The notes beneath the pieces were generated by a model that saw only the letters and a list, made by a program, of their open reading frames with translations, had not been told where the DNA came from and did no database searches. From contig JBKGZU010000001.1 in the NCBI GenBank assembly GCA_046543215.1, forward strand, positions 1 to 45,393: DNA of 45,393 bases. The letters run 5' to 3'. The stretch is from Halodesulfurarchaeum sp. (GTDB lineage Archaea > Halobacteriota > Halobacteria > Halobacteriales > Halobacteriaceae). The position numbers were made by a program, and so were the translations under genes. Shown piece after piece: positions 31,113 to 40,625 of this stretch (its first letter is position 1; the number at the start of each line of letters is the position of its first letter).

Positions 31113-32693
31113 GTGATAATCGGCATCGATACGGGTGGGACGAACGTCGACGGCGTCGTCCTCGACGGGACGGGTATCTGCAGCACGGCCAAGGTCCCGA
31201 ACACGGAAACCCGGGCGAGCATCGAGGAGGTCATCGAGGCGCTCCGGGAGTCGTGTGGCCAGTTTTCGATCGATCGGGTCGTCGTCGCGACGACCCTGGT
31301 GGTCAACGCGGCAGTCCAGGACCGATTGCCGCCGTGTACGAACGTGGTCGTCCCGGGGCCCGGCCTCGCACCCTCCCGCAGCTTCTTCGGCACGGAAAAT
31401 CAGGTCGCCGCGGGTGCAGTCGACCACCGGGGCCGGGTCACTGAACCGCTCTCCTACGACGAAACCCCGAGCTACGACGTTCGCGCCGTGACGGGGAAAT
31501 TCTCCGACCGAAATCCGGAACTCGAGCGGGAACTGGCGGCCGACTTCGAAACCGAGTCCCAGGCGATCGCCATCGGGAGCGAGTCCGGGGCCGGACTCAC
31601 CTTCCCGGAGCGCGCGGCGACGACCGTCGCGAATGCGCGAGCCAAACCCGTCTTTGCAGCCTACGAACGCGCCGTCGAGCAGGCCATTTCGGCCGCCGGC
31701 CTGGATGCACCGGTCTACTATCTCAAGGGGGACGGGGCGATGCTGGGCAGCGAGGCGATGTTGACGACGCCAGCCCATACGATCCGGAGCGGCTCTGCCG
31801 CGAGCGCGCTCGGGCTCGTCGCCCTGACCGGCATGGACCACGGTGTTGCAGTCGACATCGGGGGGACGACGACAGACGTCAGCAGAATCGTCGACGAGTT
31901 CCCCGACACCGAGCCCGATGTCTCCGAAGGTGACCTCGAAACCGCCTACGAGGGAGTGACAGCAACGAGCCTCCCGATCGGCGGCGATACCCGGATCGAG
32001 CCGACCGACGAAGGCTTCGGACTCGCAGACGAGCGGATGGGGGACGCGGCCGCACTGGGCGGTGACGTTCCCACGGTAACCGACGCGCTCCACGTCCTCG
32101 GCATTTTCGAGGCGGGGAACGTCGCGGACGCGCGGGCGGCCCTCGAATCGCTGGGCGGCGATCCGGAGACGATAGCGACGTCGGTCCTTTCGGAATTCGA
32201 AGACCGCGTCGGGACTGCCATCGACCGGGTCAACGATCGGGAACGGACCACCATCGCCGTCGGCGGGACGCTCGCTCCAATACTGGGCCCGCGCCTGGCA
32301 CAGTCGATCGACTCGGTGACGGATGCCGAAATCCCCGGGTACGCGGACGTCGCGGGCGCGGTCGGCTGTGGGGTGGCCCGCGTGAGCGTCGACACGGCGG
32401 TTCACATCGACAGCCACCGTGGGATCAAGACGATCACCGCCGTCGGGACCGAAACCCTCGAATCCGTCGAATCGGGCCGGCAGTTCACGGACCGAGAGGT
32501 CCGCGAGATCGTCGTGCAGGCCGCACAACAAACCGCCATGGCGGCGGGCGGGGAACCCAACAAACCCGTCCAGATCCAGGCGACCGACGGGTTCAGCGTC
32601 GTCGAGCGGGGGTCAGTCGTCGGACAGATCATCAACGCCCGGGCCCGAGTGGCACCGGGAATCGAACGATGGTACCAGGGTGAGGACCGATGA
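31113..32693 (+). CDS. Hydantoinase/oxoprolinase A-family protein (actin-like ATPase fold)
   Basis: IGIDTGGTNVD, TTLVVNA, KGDG, TIRSGSAAS, DIGGTTTD, IGGD, PTVTDA. Confidence 0.88.
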   Translation: MIIGIDTGGTNVDGVVLDGTGICSTAKVPNTETRASIEEVIEALRESCGQFSIDRVVVATTLVVNAAVQDRLPPCTNVVVPGPGLAPSRSFFGTENQVAAGAVDHRGRVTEPLSYDETPSYDVRAVTGKFSDRNPELERELAADFETESQAIAIGSESGAGLTFPERAATTVANARAKPVFAAYERAVEQAISAAGLDAPVYYLKGDGAMLGSEAMLTTPAHTIRSGSAASALGLVALTGMDHGVAVDIGGTTTDVSRIVDEFPDTEPDVSEGDLETAYEGVTATSLPIGGDTRIEPTDEGFGLADERMGDAAALGGDVPTVTDALHVLGIFEAGNVADARAALESLGGDPETIATSVLSEFEDRVGTAIDRVNDRERTTIAVGGTLAPILGPRLAQSIDSVTDAEIPGYADVAGAVGCGVARVSVDTAVHIDSHRGIKTITAVGTETLESVESGRQFTDREVREIVVQAAQQTAMAAGGEPNKPVQIQATDGFSVVERGSVVGQIINARARVAPGIERWYQGEDR

Positions 32694-33757
32694 GTATGGG
32701 CCTGATCTACCACGATGCCTACCTTCGCCACGAGCACACGCCAACACACCCCGAGCGTCGCGAGCGCCTCCAGTACACGATGGACCAGCTCCGGGAGGAG
32801 GGCGTGCTCGACGACCCGGCGGTCGACCGACTCGATCCCTTCGAGGTCACCGACGAGCAGATCGGCCGCGTCCATACCGATTCCTACGTGGACCGACTTT
32901 GGTCGATGTCCGAAACCGGGAGCGGGCGACTCAGCGCCGATACGCACGTCTCCGAACACACCTGGGCGACGGCGAAACTGGCCGCCGGTGGGGTACTTCG
33001 CGGACTCGAAGCCGTCGAGTCGAGCGAAGTCGATTCGGCGTTCGTGATGTCCCGTCCGGGCGGGCACCACGCCTTCGCCGACGACGGCCACGGGTTCTGC
33101 TATCTCAACAACACGGCCGTCGCGATCCGGCACCTCCAGGCGACGACTGACGTCGACCGGGTGTTGATCTGGGACTGGGACGCCCATCACGGTGACGGCA
33201 CCCAGTCGATCTTCTACGAGGATCCCTCGGTTTTGGTCATGTCGACCCATCAAGACGGCCGCACGCTGTTCCCTGGCACCGGGGCCGTCGAGGACGTGGG
33301 TGTCGGCGCCGGGAAGGGCTACAACGTCAACGTTCCACTGCCCCCGAAGACGACCGACGAGGCGTACTTGCGGGTCGTCTCCGAGGTCTTCGAGCCGATC
33401 GCCGAACAGTTCGACCCGGACATCGTGTTCGTGGAAGCGGGCCAGGACAACCACTTCACGGATCCGATCACCGACCTCGGCGTCACTGCTCAAGGTTATG
33501 CGGCACTCATGAAATCGGCGGTGACCGTCGCCGACCGGCTCGCGGACGGTGACATCGTTGCCTCTCTCGCCGGTGGTTACGGAATCGAGGGCGGGCTCCC
33601 GTACACGAACCTGGCGGTCATCGCGACGCTGCTCGATTACGAAACCGAGTTCATCAGGGAACCCGCGATCTACGAACCGCCGACGGAGAACCCGGACGTT
33701 TCGGGGGTCATCGAACGGGTCATCGACGTCCACGGCGAGTTCTGGAATCTCCGCTGA
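32690..33757 (+). CDS. Histone deacetylase-family Zn amidohydrolase
   Basis: HPERRERL, RPGGHHA, GFCYLNN, DWDAHHGDGTQ, FPGTG, EAGQD, GGY; ATGA overlap with the upstream gene. Confidence 0.93.
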   Translation: MSMGLIYHDAYLRHEHTPTHPERRERLQYTMDQLREEGVLDDPAVDRLDPFEVTDEQIGRVHTDSYVDRLWSMSETGSGRLSADTHVSEHTWATAKLAAGGVLRGLEAVESSEVDSAFVMSRPGGHHAFADDGHGFCYLNNTAVAIRHLQATTDVDRVLIWDWDAHHGDGTQSIFYEDPSVLVMSTHQDGRTLFPGTGAVEDVGVGAGKGYNVNVPLPPKTTDEAYLRVVSEVFEPIAEQFDPDIVFVEAGQDNHFTDPITDLGVTAQGYAALMKSAVTVADRLADGDIVASLAGGYGIEGGLPYTNLAVIATLLDYETEFIREPAIYEPPTENPDVSGVIERVIDVHGEFWNLR

Positions 33758-33773
33758 CCCGGTTCATCTCCTC

Positions 33774-34214
33774 TCAGGAGTCGTGCTGATGGCTTTCGAG
33801 ATGTGCCACGTGTCGATTGGTGAGTTCGAAGAGGCGTTCGGTCCAGCCATCGAGCTCAGGCGTCGAAGTCGAACGTTCCCTGGCAGTCGCGACCTTCGAA
33901 AGTGCCTGGTAGAGATCGACACCGAGCGCGCCCGCCTCGAACCCGTCCTCGACGACATCGGCCGCGGCGTCCAGCGCTTCCGGGGGCAACTCGAAGTCCA
34001 GTTTCTGAGCCACGTGACCGGTCCAGAACTCGAGCAACAGCGCCGCCCCCTCGGCGTGGGAATCCGTCTCGAGGGCTTTTTCGACAACGGTCGTCAGCTC
34101 CCCGAGTTCCTCGACCCTGCCGGCCGGAAGGTCCTCGTGCGAATGAGCGGCAACGGCCGCGCCGAGGGTCCGTGCCAGTTCGTCGTCGATCGCGTCTGTA
34201 GCCATACCGGTCAT
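33774..34214 (-). CDS. Hypothetical acidic helical protein
   Basis: 146-aa ORF with halophilic composition, converging on the deacetylase; no motif recognised. Confidence 0.65.
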   Translation of the reverse strand: MTGMATDAIDDELARTLGAAVAAHSHEDLPAGRVEELGELTTVVEKALETDSHAEGAALLLEFWTGHVAQKLDFELPPEALDAAADVVEDGFEAGALGVDLYQALSKVATARERSTSTPELDGWTERLFELTNRHVAHLESHQHDS

Positions 34215-34524
34215 TTGGGGCGCCCCCTCAAAACGAGTACGGAACTTCCCATCGGGTCAACGTGAAAAAGCGGTCACAGGGGGTGAGTGCGTGACCCTGG
34301 CAGTGGTCTGGTGGTCACGGACCGCGACGGCCAGCAGGGATGGGTGGGGGACCCAGTCCCAGGGCCGACTTCATACATTAGGACGTTTGGACAAAAATGA
34401 TCGTTGGTTGGGGCAAAATTTCATCGGGACGCGTGGAGGGGACTTCGAGATTCAGGACACCCCGGAGTCGTCGGGTTTTCCACACAAAACATCCGGGTTC
34501 GACCACCGACGCAGGTTCCATTCT

Positions 34525-34574
34525 TTTCACCGGTAGGGTCGGCGACCAACCATTTCACCGGCGGGGTCTGCGAC
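34525..34574. repeat. Imperfect 22-bp direct repeat, period 28
   Basis: tttcaccggtagggtcggcgac (34525) and tttcaccggcggggtctgcgac (34553), 19/22 identical. Confidence 0.7.
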
Positions 34575-34663
34575 TGTCGCCCGGTCCCAACCGGTCGAAG
34601 GGGCGGATCACAATGTTTACTTCCGCGCTGAAGAAAAGACACGTAACGATTCGTTTGTGTTCC

Positions 34664-34786
34664 ATGGCAGAAGGAGCTGACGAGAACTGGATCGGTGACA
34701 CGACGGCCGAACTGGTCGGGGATATCACGGACCAGGACCGGTTAGTCCCCGGTGTCGTCCCCGACCGGACGCACACGTGGAAATGA
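34664..34786 (+). CDS. Putative 40-aa micro-ORF coupled to feoB
   Basis: MAEGADENWIGDTTAELVGDITDQDRLVPGVVPDRTHTWK; acidic; its TGA overlaps the feoB ATG (ATGA). Confidence 0.4.
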   Translation: MAEGADENWIGDTTAELVGDITDQDRLVPGVVPDRTHTWK

Positions 34787-36549
34787 ACGAGTCACCGATC
34801 TTGTTGATGGGCCACCCGAACGTGGGGAAGAGTGCACTATTCAATCGGCTCTCCGGGGCCGAGATCACCGAATCGAACTATCCCGGAACCACCGTCGATT
34901 ACACGGAGAGTTCGGTCCACGTCGCGGGGTCCCCGCGTCGTATCATCGACGTCCCGGGGACCTTTTCGCTTTCCCCGAAGGACAGTGCGGAGTCCGTCGC
35001 GGTCGATCTCCTCGAGTCGAACCCGGAGTCCACCGTGATCGCCGTCCTCGATGCGACCCGAATCGAGCGTGGCCTTCACCTCGCACTCGACATCCTCGAT
35101 CGGGACTATGAGCTCGTGGTGGCCCTCAACATGTTCGACGAGGCGCGAGCCCGGAACGTCGAAATCGACGTCGAGGGGCTCCAGTCCCTGCTCGGCGTTC
35201 CGGTCGTCCCGACGGTAGCAACGGAGGGGACCGGGGTCAAAGAACTGACCGACCGCGTCCCGGAGGCTGGTACGTCCTCGCTCGACCGGATCGTCTCGGC
35301 CGTCGAAGGGTTAGACACCGTTCCGGACGGGGCGCCCGAGCGCTGGGACCTCGTCGATCGTGTGGTCGAGGCGACCGTCGAGTACGGGGAGACAGAACCG
35401 ACCTTGCCGGAGATCATCGGAACACTCACCGTCAAACCCAAGACCGGGTTACCCTTCGCCCTCGCCGCTCTGTACGGTATGTGGGCCTTTTTCAGTGCCA
35501 TCGCCGGGTTCTTCACCGACGGGTATTTCGTTCCGCTCTTCGACGAGTACTGGCTCCCGTGGCTCCAGCAGGCCTTTCCCTTCGAGGGGACCTGGATTTA
35601 CTTCATCCTCGTCGGGGATCCGAATGCGACGAACAGCTTCGAGGCCTTTGGCATGCTCACGAGTGGCCTCTTCGTCGCCATCGGCGTGGTCCTTCCCGCG
35701 GTGTTCGCCCTGTATCTCGTCCTCGCGATCCTCGAGGACTCCGGGTACATGGCCCGCCTGGCAGTCCTGCTCGATGCCCTCTTTCACAAGATCGGCCTGC
35801 ACGGCTTTGCGATCGTCCCGATGGTGCTCTCCTTTGGCTGTAACGTCCCCGGCGTCGCGGCAACCCGGTCCTTCGAGACCGAAAAACAGCGGTTCGTGAT
35901 GATGACGCTGCTGTCGGTGTTCATCCCGTGTGGGGCCCAGCTCGCCGTCATGCTCTCGTTGATTCCCCAGTACACCGGCTTCATCGTGCTCTACCTGCTC
36001 GTGGGCTTTTTCGTCTTCGGGGCGGTCCTCGACCGACTGGTTCCGGGTTCCTCACCCGAGTTGATCGTCGACGTGCCGCCGCTCAGGGAACCCCGGATCG
36101 GGAACATCTCGACCAAACTCACGCTCCGGACGCGGGAGTTCCTCAAGACGGCTGTGCCCTTCGTCCTGCTCGGCGTGGGAATCATCAACGTGCTTTACCT
36201 GGGGGGCACGATCGACTGGCTGGCGACGGCTCTCGAGCCGATCCTCTCGGGCTGGTTCGGCGTTCCGACCGATACCATCCCGGCACTCATCGCCGGATTC
36301 CTCCGGAAGGACCTGGCGGTCGCCCAGCTGAGTGCCATCTCGATGACGCCGTTCCAGACGGTGATGTCCGTCATCATGGTGAGCATCTATTTCCCCTGTC
36401 TGGCGACGTTCGCGATGCTCATCCAGGAGGGGTACAAGAGTAACAGTGCAGTCACAATGCTCGGCGGCGCGCTTTCGACCCTCGTCGTCGCCCTGTTCGT
36501 CTGGGGTGGGCTCTTTCACCTCGGCGGGATCTTACTGGGGGTGGCTTGA
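34783..36549 (+). CDS. feoB: Ferrous iron transporter FeoB
   Basis: GHPNVGKS (G1), NYPGTTV (G2), DVPG (G3), NMFD (G4), LEDSGYMAR, FGCNVP, IPCGAQ, YFPCLAT. Confidence 0.93.
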   Translation: MNESPILLMGHPNVGKSALFNRLSGAEITESNYPGTTVDYTESSVHVAGSPRRIIDVPGTFSLSPKDSAESVAVDLLESNPESTVIAVLDATRIERGLHLALDILDRDYELVVALNMFDEARARNVEIDVEGLQSLLGVPVVPTVATEGTGVKELTDRVPEAGTSSLDRIVSAVEGLDTVPDGAPERWDLVDRVVEATVEYGETEPTLPEIIGTLTVKPKTGLPFALAALYGMWAFFSAIAGFFTDGYFVPLFDEYWLPWLQQAFPFEGTWIYFILVGDPNATNSFEAFGMLTSGLFVAIGVVLPAVFALYLVLAILEDSGYMARLAVLLDALFHKIGLHGFAIVPMVLSFGCNVPGVAATRSFETEKQRFVMMTLLSVFIPCGAQLAVMLSLIPQYTGFIVLYLLVGFFVFGAVLDRLVPGSSPELIVDVPPLREPRIGNISTKLTLRTREFLKTAVPFVLLGVGIINVLYLGGTIDWLATALEPILSGWFGVPTDTIPALIAGFLRKDLAVAQLSAISMTPFQTVMSVIMVSIYFPCLATFAMLIQEGYKSNSAVTMLGGALSTLVVALFVWGGLFHLGGILLGVA

Positions 36550-36550
36550 G

Positions 36551-37015
36551 ATGAACTGGGAGAGACCATACTTCACGGTCGTCGGTGTACTGCTCGGGTT
36601 GGCTGGCGCCCTTGGAACCCTCATGGGATTGACCGGTGAAACGCTGGAAATCGGTCCGGCACTGGTCGACGGGCCCTTTGCGATCTGGCGGGGACCTGTG
36701 TTGATCGCCGCCGGCGTATTCCTGGGCAAAGCCACGGCAAACGGGATCACGGAGCGGGAGGACGAAGCGCTAGTCTTCATGGGGAGTGTCATGGTCTGGA
36801 TCGTCGGCGGGACCGAACTGTTGGGGATCGTTCTGGGCGCGATTCCCGGCGGATCGGACGTGTGGATCGCGAGCCCAGCCGCGTTCTTGGCTGCAGTTGG
36901 TCCGCCGTATCCCCCTGCGGTTCTCGGGGTGTTCCTGACGTTGCCGGCGTTCCGGTACGCGGAAGACGACGTGCGGACGCTTTTGAAGCGACTGTTCGGC
37001 CAAGAATCGGAGTGA
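36551..37015 (+). CDS. Small membrane protein (~4 TM)
   Basis: ATG 1 bp after the feoB stop; hydrophobic, 154 aa. Confidence 0.75.
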   Translation: MNWERPYFTVVGVLLGLAGALGTLMGLTGETLEIGPALVDGPFAIWRGPVLIAAGVFLGKATANGITEREDEALVFMGSVMVWIVGGTELLGIVLGAIPGGSDVWIASPAAFLAAVGPPYPPAVLGVFLTLPAFRYAEDDVRTLLKRLFGQESE

Positions 37016-37119
37016 GAATGCGGTAAATCGGAACGGGCGTATTTCCGACGACAGGAAATCGAAGCACCAGCGGCGTCCTAATCGCGAACGAACCAAGCCG
37101 GCCACTCCCGCCACTACCG

Positions 37120-38787
37120 TCAGTCTCCCGTGACCACCGACAGCACTGGCACCTCGATCGTCACCGTCGTCCCCGTGGGCTCCCGTTCGGCGAACTCGAC
37201 CTGCCCGTCGACGAGATCGGCTCCCCACATGATTATCCAGAGCCCGATTCCGCTCCCGTGTTCGAGTTGGGTTTCGGTCCCAGCCGAGAGTACCCGCAAT
37301 TCGTGGTCGCCGATACCCGGTCCGTCGTCGCGCACTTCGACTGTCACTCGCTCCTGGCTCGCACTCACTTCGATCCAGACCGTGGGGTCCGGGTCAGGAT
37401 TGTGCACCGCGGCGTTCTCGATGGCGTTCCGGAACACGGCGTTGAGCAGGCCGTCAACCGCAACCGATGGACCCGTGTACTCGTACTGAACCGAAACACC
37501 GGGGACCGTCGCTTCGACCTCTGCGATTGCGTCCTCGAGCATCGTGTCGAGTTGATGGGCCTGAGTCTCTGCCCGGGATTTGCTGAAGAGGTCGATCGCC
37601 TCCCGACCCTTCTCGCCGAGGGCCTCGATCGTCCGGGCACTCGACTGGATCGCCTCCCCGGGGGATCCATCGACGGTCTCGGAGTACCCGAGGATGAGGT
37701 TCGTCTCGGTCCGGATGTTGTGCCGGAGGACCCGGTGGAGCACTTCCAGGCGCTGTTGCTGGCGCAGGAGGGCGGTGACTTCGTTGATCGTCACGAGCCG
37801 GCCGATGGGCCGGTCGGTCGCCGTGGTGATCGGTTGGACATTGACTTCGAACTGGCGGTCCCGGCCACCGGTCTCGATGGTGAGGTAGTCCTCGAGGGCG
37901 CCCGTTTCCGGGAGGTCCTCGTAACCCGGAACGATCTCGCCGCAGTACCTCCCGAGGGCATCACGACGCGACGCCTCGAGAATCCCCGCGGCCCGTCCGT
38001 TCATGTCGATGACGTGGCCGTCCATATCGACGATGATGGCCCCCTCCTGGACGCCGTCGAAGACCATCTGCCTGGCTCGTTTGGTCGGAGCGGGATTGGC
38101 TCGGAGCAGGTCGAATCGTCGGATGGCGAGGAGATAGATCACCCCAGATGGGGCAAAGGCGATTGGCGTCGGATCGAACCCCAGATCGAAGACGCCGAGA
38201 ACGAACAGGATGTTCGTCAACCAGGGGAAGAGTAGTCCGAGGGAGAGGGCGATCCCCTGTTCCTTGAACAGAAGCGCCTGACTGGCCAGGAGGTCAAAGA
38301 GGAGGAGGAGGCCGATCGCCCCGAGCAGATAGGTGTATACGGCGATGATCCAGTACCAAAGGCCCCCGAATTCGACCCGGAAAATGCCTGTGGCCGTGTA
38401 GCCGACGAACTCGATCGTGATCAAGGAGTGAGACGGTGCCGTAAGCACGAAAACGAGTGTCAACACCGGAATGACGCCCAGGACGCCGATGGTTCGATAT
38501 CCGAGGTGTAAATCCCGTCCCGAGTACTCGAGAGCGAACAGGACCCACGCGAGAGGGATGAGCACCACGCCGATCCACATGACCATCAGCCAGAACGTCT
38601 TCCCCTCGATGCCGGGTGTGCGGAGGCGGTAGAACGTCGACAGCGACCACCATACCTGCCCGACGAGCAGGACCGCCAGCCACCTCGACCCCGGCCGTGG
38701 AATGGCCCGCCAGGCGAGGATCGCCGCCGTGGAGCCGATGACCACCGAGACCAGGAGGGCAAGCAGGAGAACGGACGAGGGGGTCAC
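37120..38787 (-). CDS. Sensor histidine kinase: N-terminal 7TM, PAS, HisKA, HATPase
   Basis: Seven hydrophobic segments, PAS (DGVQEGAIIVDMDGHVIDMN), H-box RVLRHNIR, NAIENA, DDGPG, GSGIGL; GTG 38787 with CTTATG upstream. Confidence 0.9.
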   Translation of the reverse strand: MTPSSVLLLALLVSVVIGSTAAILAWRAIPRPGSRWLAVLLVGQVWWSLSTFYRLRTPGIEGKTFWLMVMWIGVVLIPLAWVLFALEYSGRDLHLGYRTIGVLGVIPVLTLVFVLTAPSHSLITIEFVGYTATGIFRVEFGGLWYWIIAVYTYLLGAIGLLLLFDLLASQALLFKEQGIALSLGLLFPWLTNILFVLGVFDLGFDPTPIAFAPSGVIYLLAIRRFDLLRANPAPTKRARQMVFDGVQEGAIIVDMDGHVIDMNGRAAGILEASRRDALGRYCGEIVPGYEDLPETGALEDYLTIETGGRDRQFEVNVQPITTATDRPIGRLVTINEVTALLRQQQRLEVLHRVLRHNIRTETNLILGYSETVDGSPGEAIQSSARTIEALGEKGREAIDLFSKSRAETQAHQLDTMLEDAIAEVEATVPGVSVQYEYTGPSVAVDGLLNAVFRNAIENAAVHNPDPDPTVWIEVSASQERVTVEVRDDGPGIGDHELRVLSAGTETQLEHGSGIGLWIIMWGADLVDGQVEFAEREPTGTTVTIEVPVLSVVTGD

Positions 38788-38877
38788 AGTATGGACCTTC
38801 CCGTTCGCTCCACATAAGTGATGGTGTGGACGCCGAGTCGGGTTCCAGAACGGCGCAGAATTTCTGGCAAAACCCAC

Positions 38878-39816
38878 TCAGGAGAAGAGGAAGAGAGCGA
38901 ACACGCCCGCGACGAGCACGTGTTTCATCTCGCCCAGGAACTCGAGGAGCCGGTACCGGTCAGTCCGCCCGACGAAGCCGTGAAGGACGACGGCGTAGGC
39001 ACGACCGACGAGTGCCGCGCCGAGGAATGCCAGCGAGAGCAGTTCCGTCGTGAACGCGTAGAGTAACACCCCGACGATGAGCACGTTGATAGTGTAGATG
39101 ACGTGCCTGGTCCGCGTTATTCCAAAGGAGAGCGGCAACGTTTTGACCCCGTTTTCCGCGTCGTCCTCGATGTCTCGCACGTTCGGGATCTCGGTCCCGA
39201 CGAAGATGTCCAGGGTGAAGTACGCGAAGAGGACGACAGCGATGGGGCCGATAGCGGCCCCCGCAAAGGAGATGGGCAGAAACACGATCGCAATCCCCCA
39301 GGCGACGCCGACGATCGTGGAGTTGAGAATCACGACTCGTTTCAGTCTCGAGAGTGACGAACCCAGTCCGTCGAACAGGTCGGAGGCGTACACGATCCAG
39401 GCGGCCCCGGGGATGAGCGTAATTGCCAGTGCAAGCGGCCCGCCGAACGCAGCGATCGCGATCGCGAGTCCGTAGGCCAGCGCCGACCCGATCGACAACA
39501 GTGTCCGATGTCGCCGCATGAACTCACTTCGTGCCGACGTCGCCGTTGGCTCGTCGCTGACGTCGCTGATCCGGTCTCCAACATACACCCCAAACGTGAC
39601 CAGCGCGATGACTGCCGGTGCCGGTGAGAGTGGCAGCTCGAGGAGCCACATGACCGACGCCATGGCCGCGACTCCCATCACGACCAGATCCAGTTGCGTG
39701 AAGACTGCGATTTGTTTGAGTGTCTGTGCGTACTTCCACAGCGTGGGAAGAACTCGCCACTCCCCCGACGGGTGGAGTTCTTGATCGACCGTCGAGGAGG
39801 ATGTTTTACTTGACAT
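38878..39816 (-). CDS. UbiA-family prenyltransferase
   Basis: Asp-rich motifs YVGDRISDVSDE and NVRDIEDDAENGVKTLP; multiple TM helices. Confidence 0.85.
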   Translation of the reverse strand: MSSKTSSSTVDQELHPSGEWRVLPTLWKYAQTLKQIAVFTQLDLVVMGVAAMASVMWLLELPLSPAPAVIALVTFGVYVGDRISDVSDEPTATSARSEFMRRHRTLLSIGSALAYGLAIAIAAFGGPLALAITLIPGAAWIVYASDLFDGLGSSLSRLKRVVILNSTIVGVAWGIAIVFLPISFAGAAIGPIAVVLFAYFTLDIFVGTEIPNVRDIEDDAENGVKTLPLSFGITRTRHVIYTINVLIVGVLLYAFTTELLSLAFLGAALVGRAYAVVLHGFVGRTDRYRLLEFLGEMKHVLVAGVFALFLFS

Positions 39817-39963
39817 GGGTGGAGAGCGCCCGGGTTCCGTCGGGACCGAGCGCCTTCCTATTGGTATTCAGAGTTGGCATATTAATTTAGGTGCCAAACC
39901 GACTGAAATCCGGGTTTGGACACGAACAGAACGGCTCAGGTGCCCGCACCGATACACATTTTC

Positions 39964-40116
39964 ATGAAACTCAGCATCGTCGGCTCGGGATACGTCGGCA
40001 CGACCATCGCGGGCTGTTTTTCCGACCTCGGCCACTCGGTCGTCAACGTCGATATCGACGTCGAACACCGCCGACGTGTCGCACGGGCCGGGCGCGAACA
40101 CTCCCGATCATCGTGA
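39964..40116 (+). pseudogene. N-terminal fragment of UDP-glucose/GDP-mannose dehydrogenase (AglM-like)
   Basis: MKLSIVGSGYVGTTIAGCFSDLGHSVVNVDID Rossmann start; similarity then collapses and the ORF stops at 50 aa. Confidence 0.8.
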
Positions 40117-40187
40117 ACTAGCGGGCTTTCCGCAGTTCTGGCATGGCCCACATCCGAGGAGTACCTGTCCACACGGCGGCGCGAAAC

Positions 40188-40625
40188 TCAATCCAACAAC
40201 TGATCGATGACCCGGACTTCTTCCTCGGCACTGATCGAATCCGCCTCGACCATCGGCAGGGTGACGTTGCCCCTAGCGGACAGCGACGGCCACAGGTGAA
40301 ATCGCTGGAAGATCATACCCACTGATTCCCGCCGGAGCCGCGCGTGCCCCTTCGAGGACAGCGCCGACGTTTGGTTCCCTTTGATCGTCACCTCGCCGGC
40401 GGTCGGCACGTCCAGCGGGGCCATGAGGTGAGGCAGCGTCGATTTACCGCTTCCACTCGGGCCCTCGAGACCCAGGATTTCCCCGCGCTCGACGCGCACT
40501 GAAACCCCGTCCACCGCGGTGACGGTCGTCCTCGACTTGCCCCGTCCGAACAGTCCACCGCCCCCGAGCCTCTGGTGTATCCTTTGGTCACGTTCTCACA
40601 CGAGACGAGTTTCGGACTGCCAGCA
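40188..40625 (-). pseudogene. Frameshifted, truncated LolD/MacB-type ABC ATPase
   Basis: LVSCENVTKGY is in one frame, with a shift near the G5 run at 40561-40565. TVTAVDGVS...GPSGSGKST (Walker A)...IFQRFHL follows in another frame and stops before the signature and Walker B motifs. Confidence 0.82.

Noticed and set aside
34215-34663. feoA gene or cobalamin riboswitch upstream of feoB
   Set aside because: No FeoA-like sequence in the listed ORFs and no recognisable B12-box.
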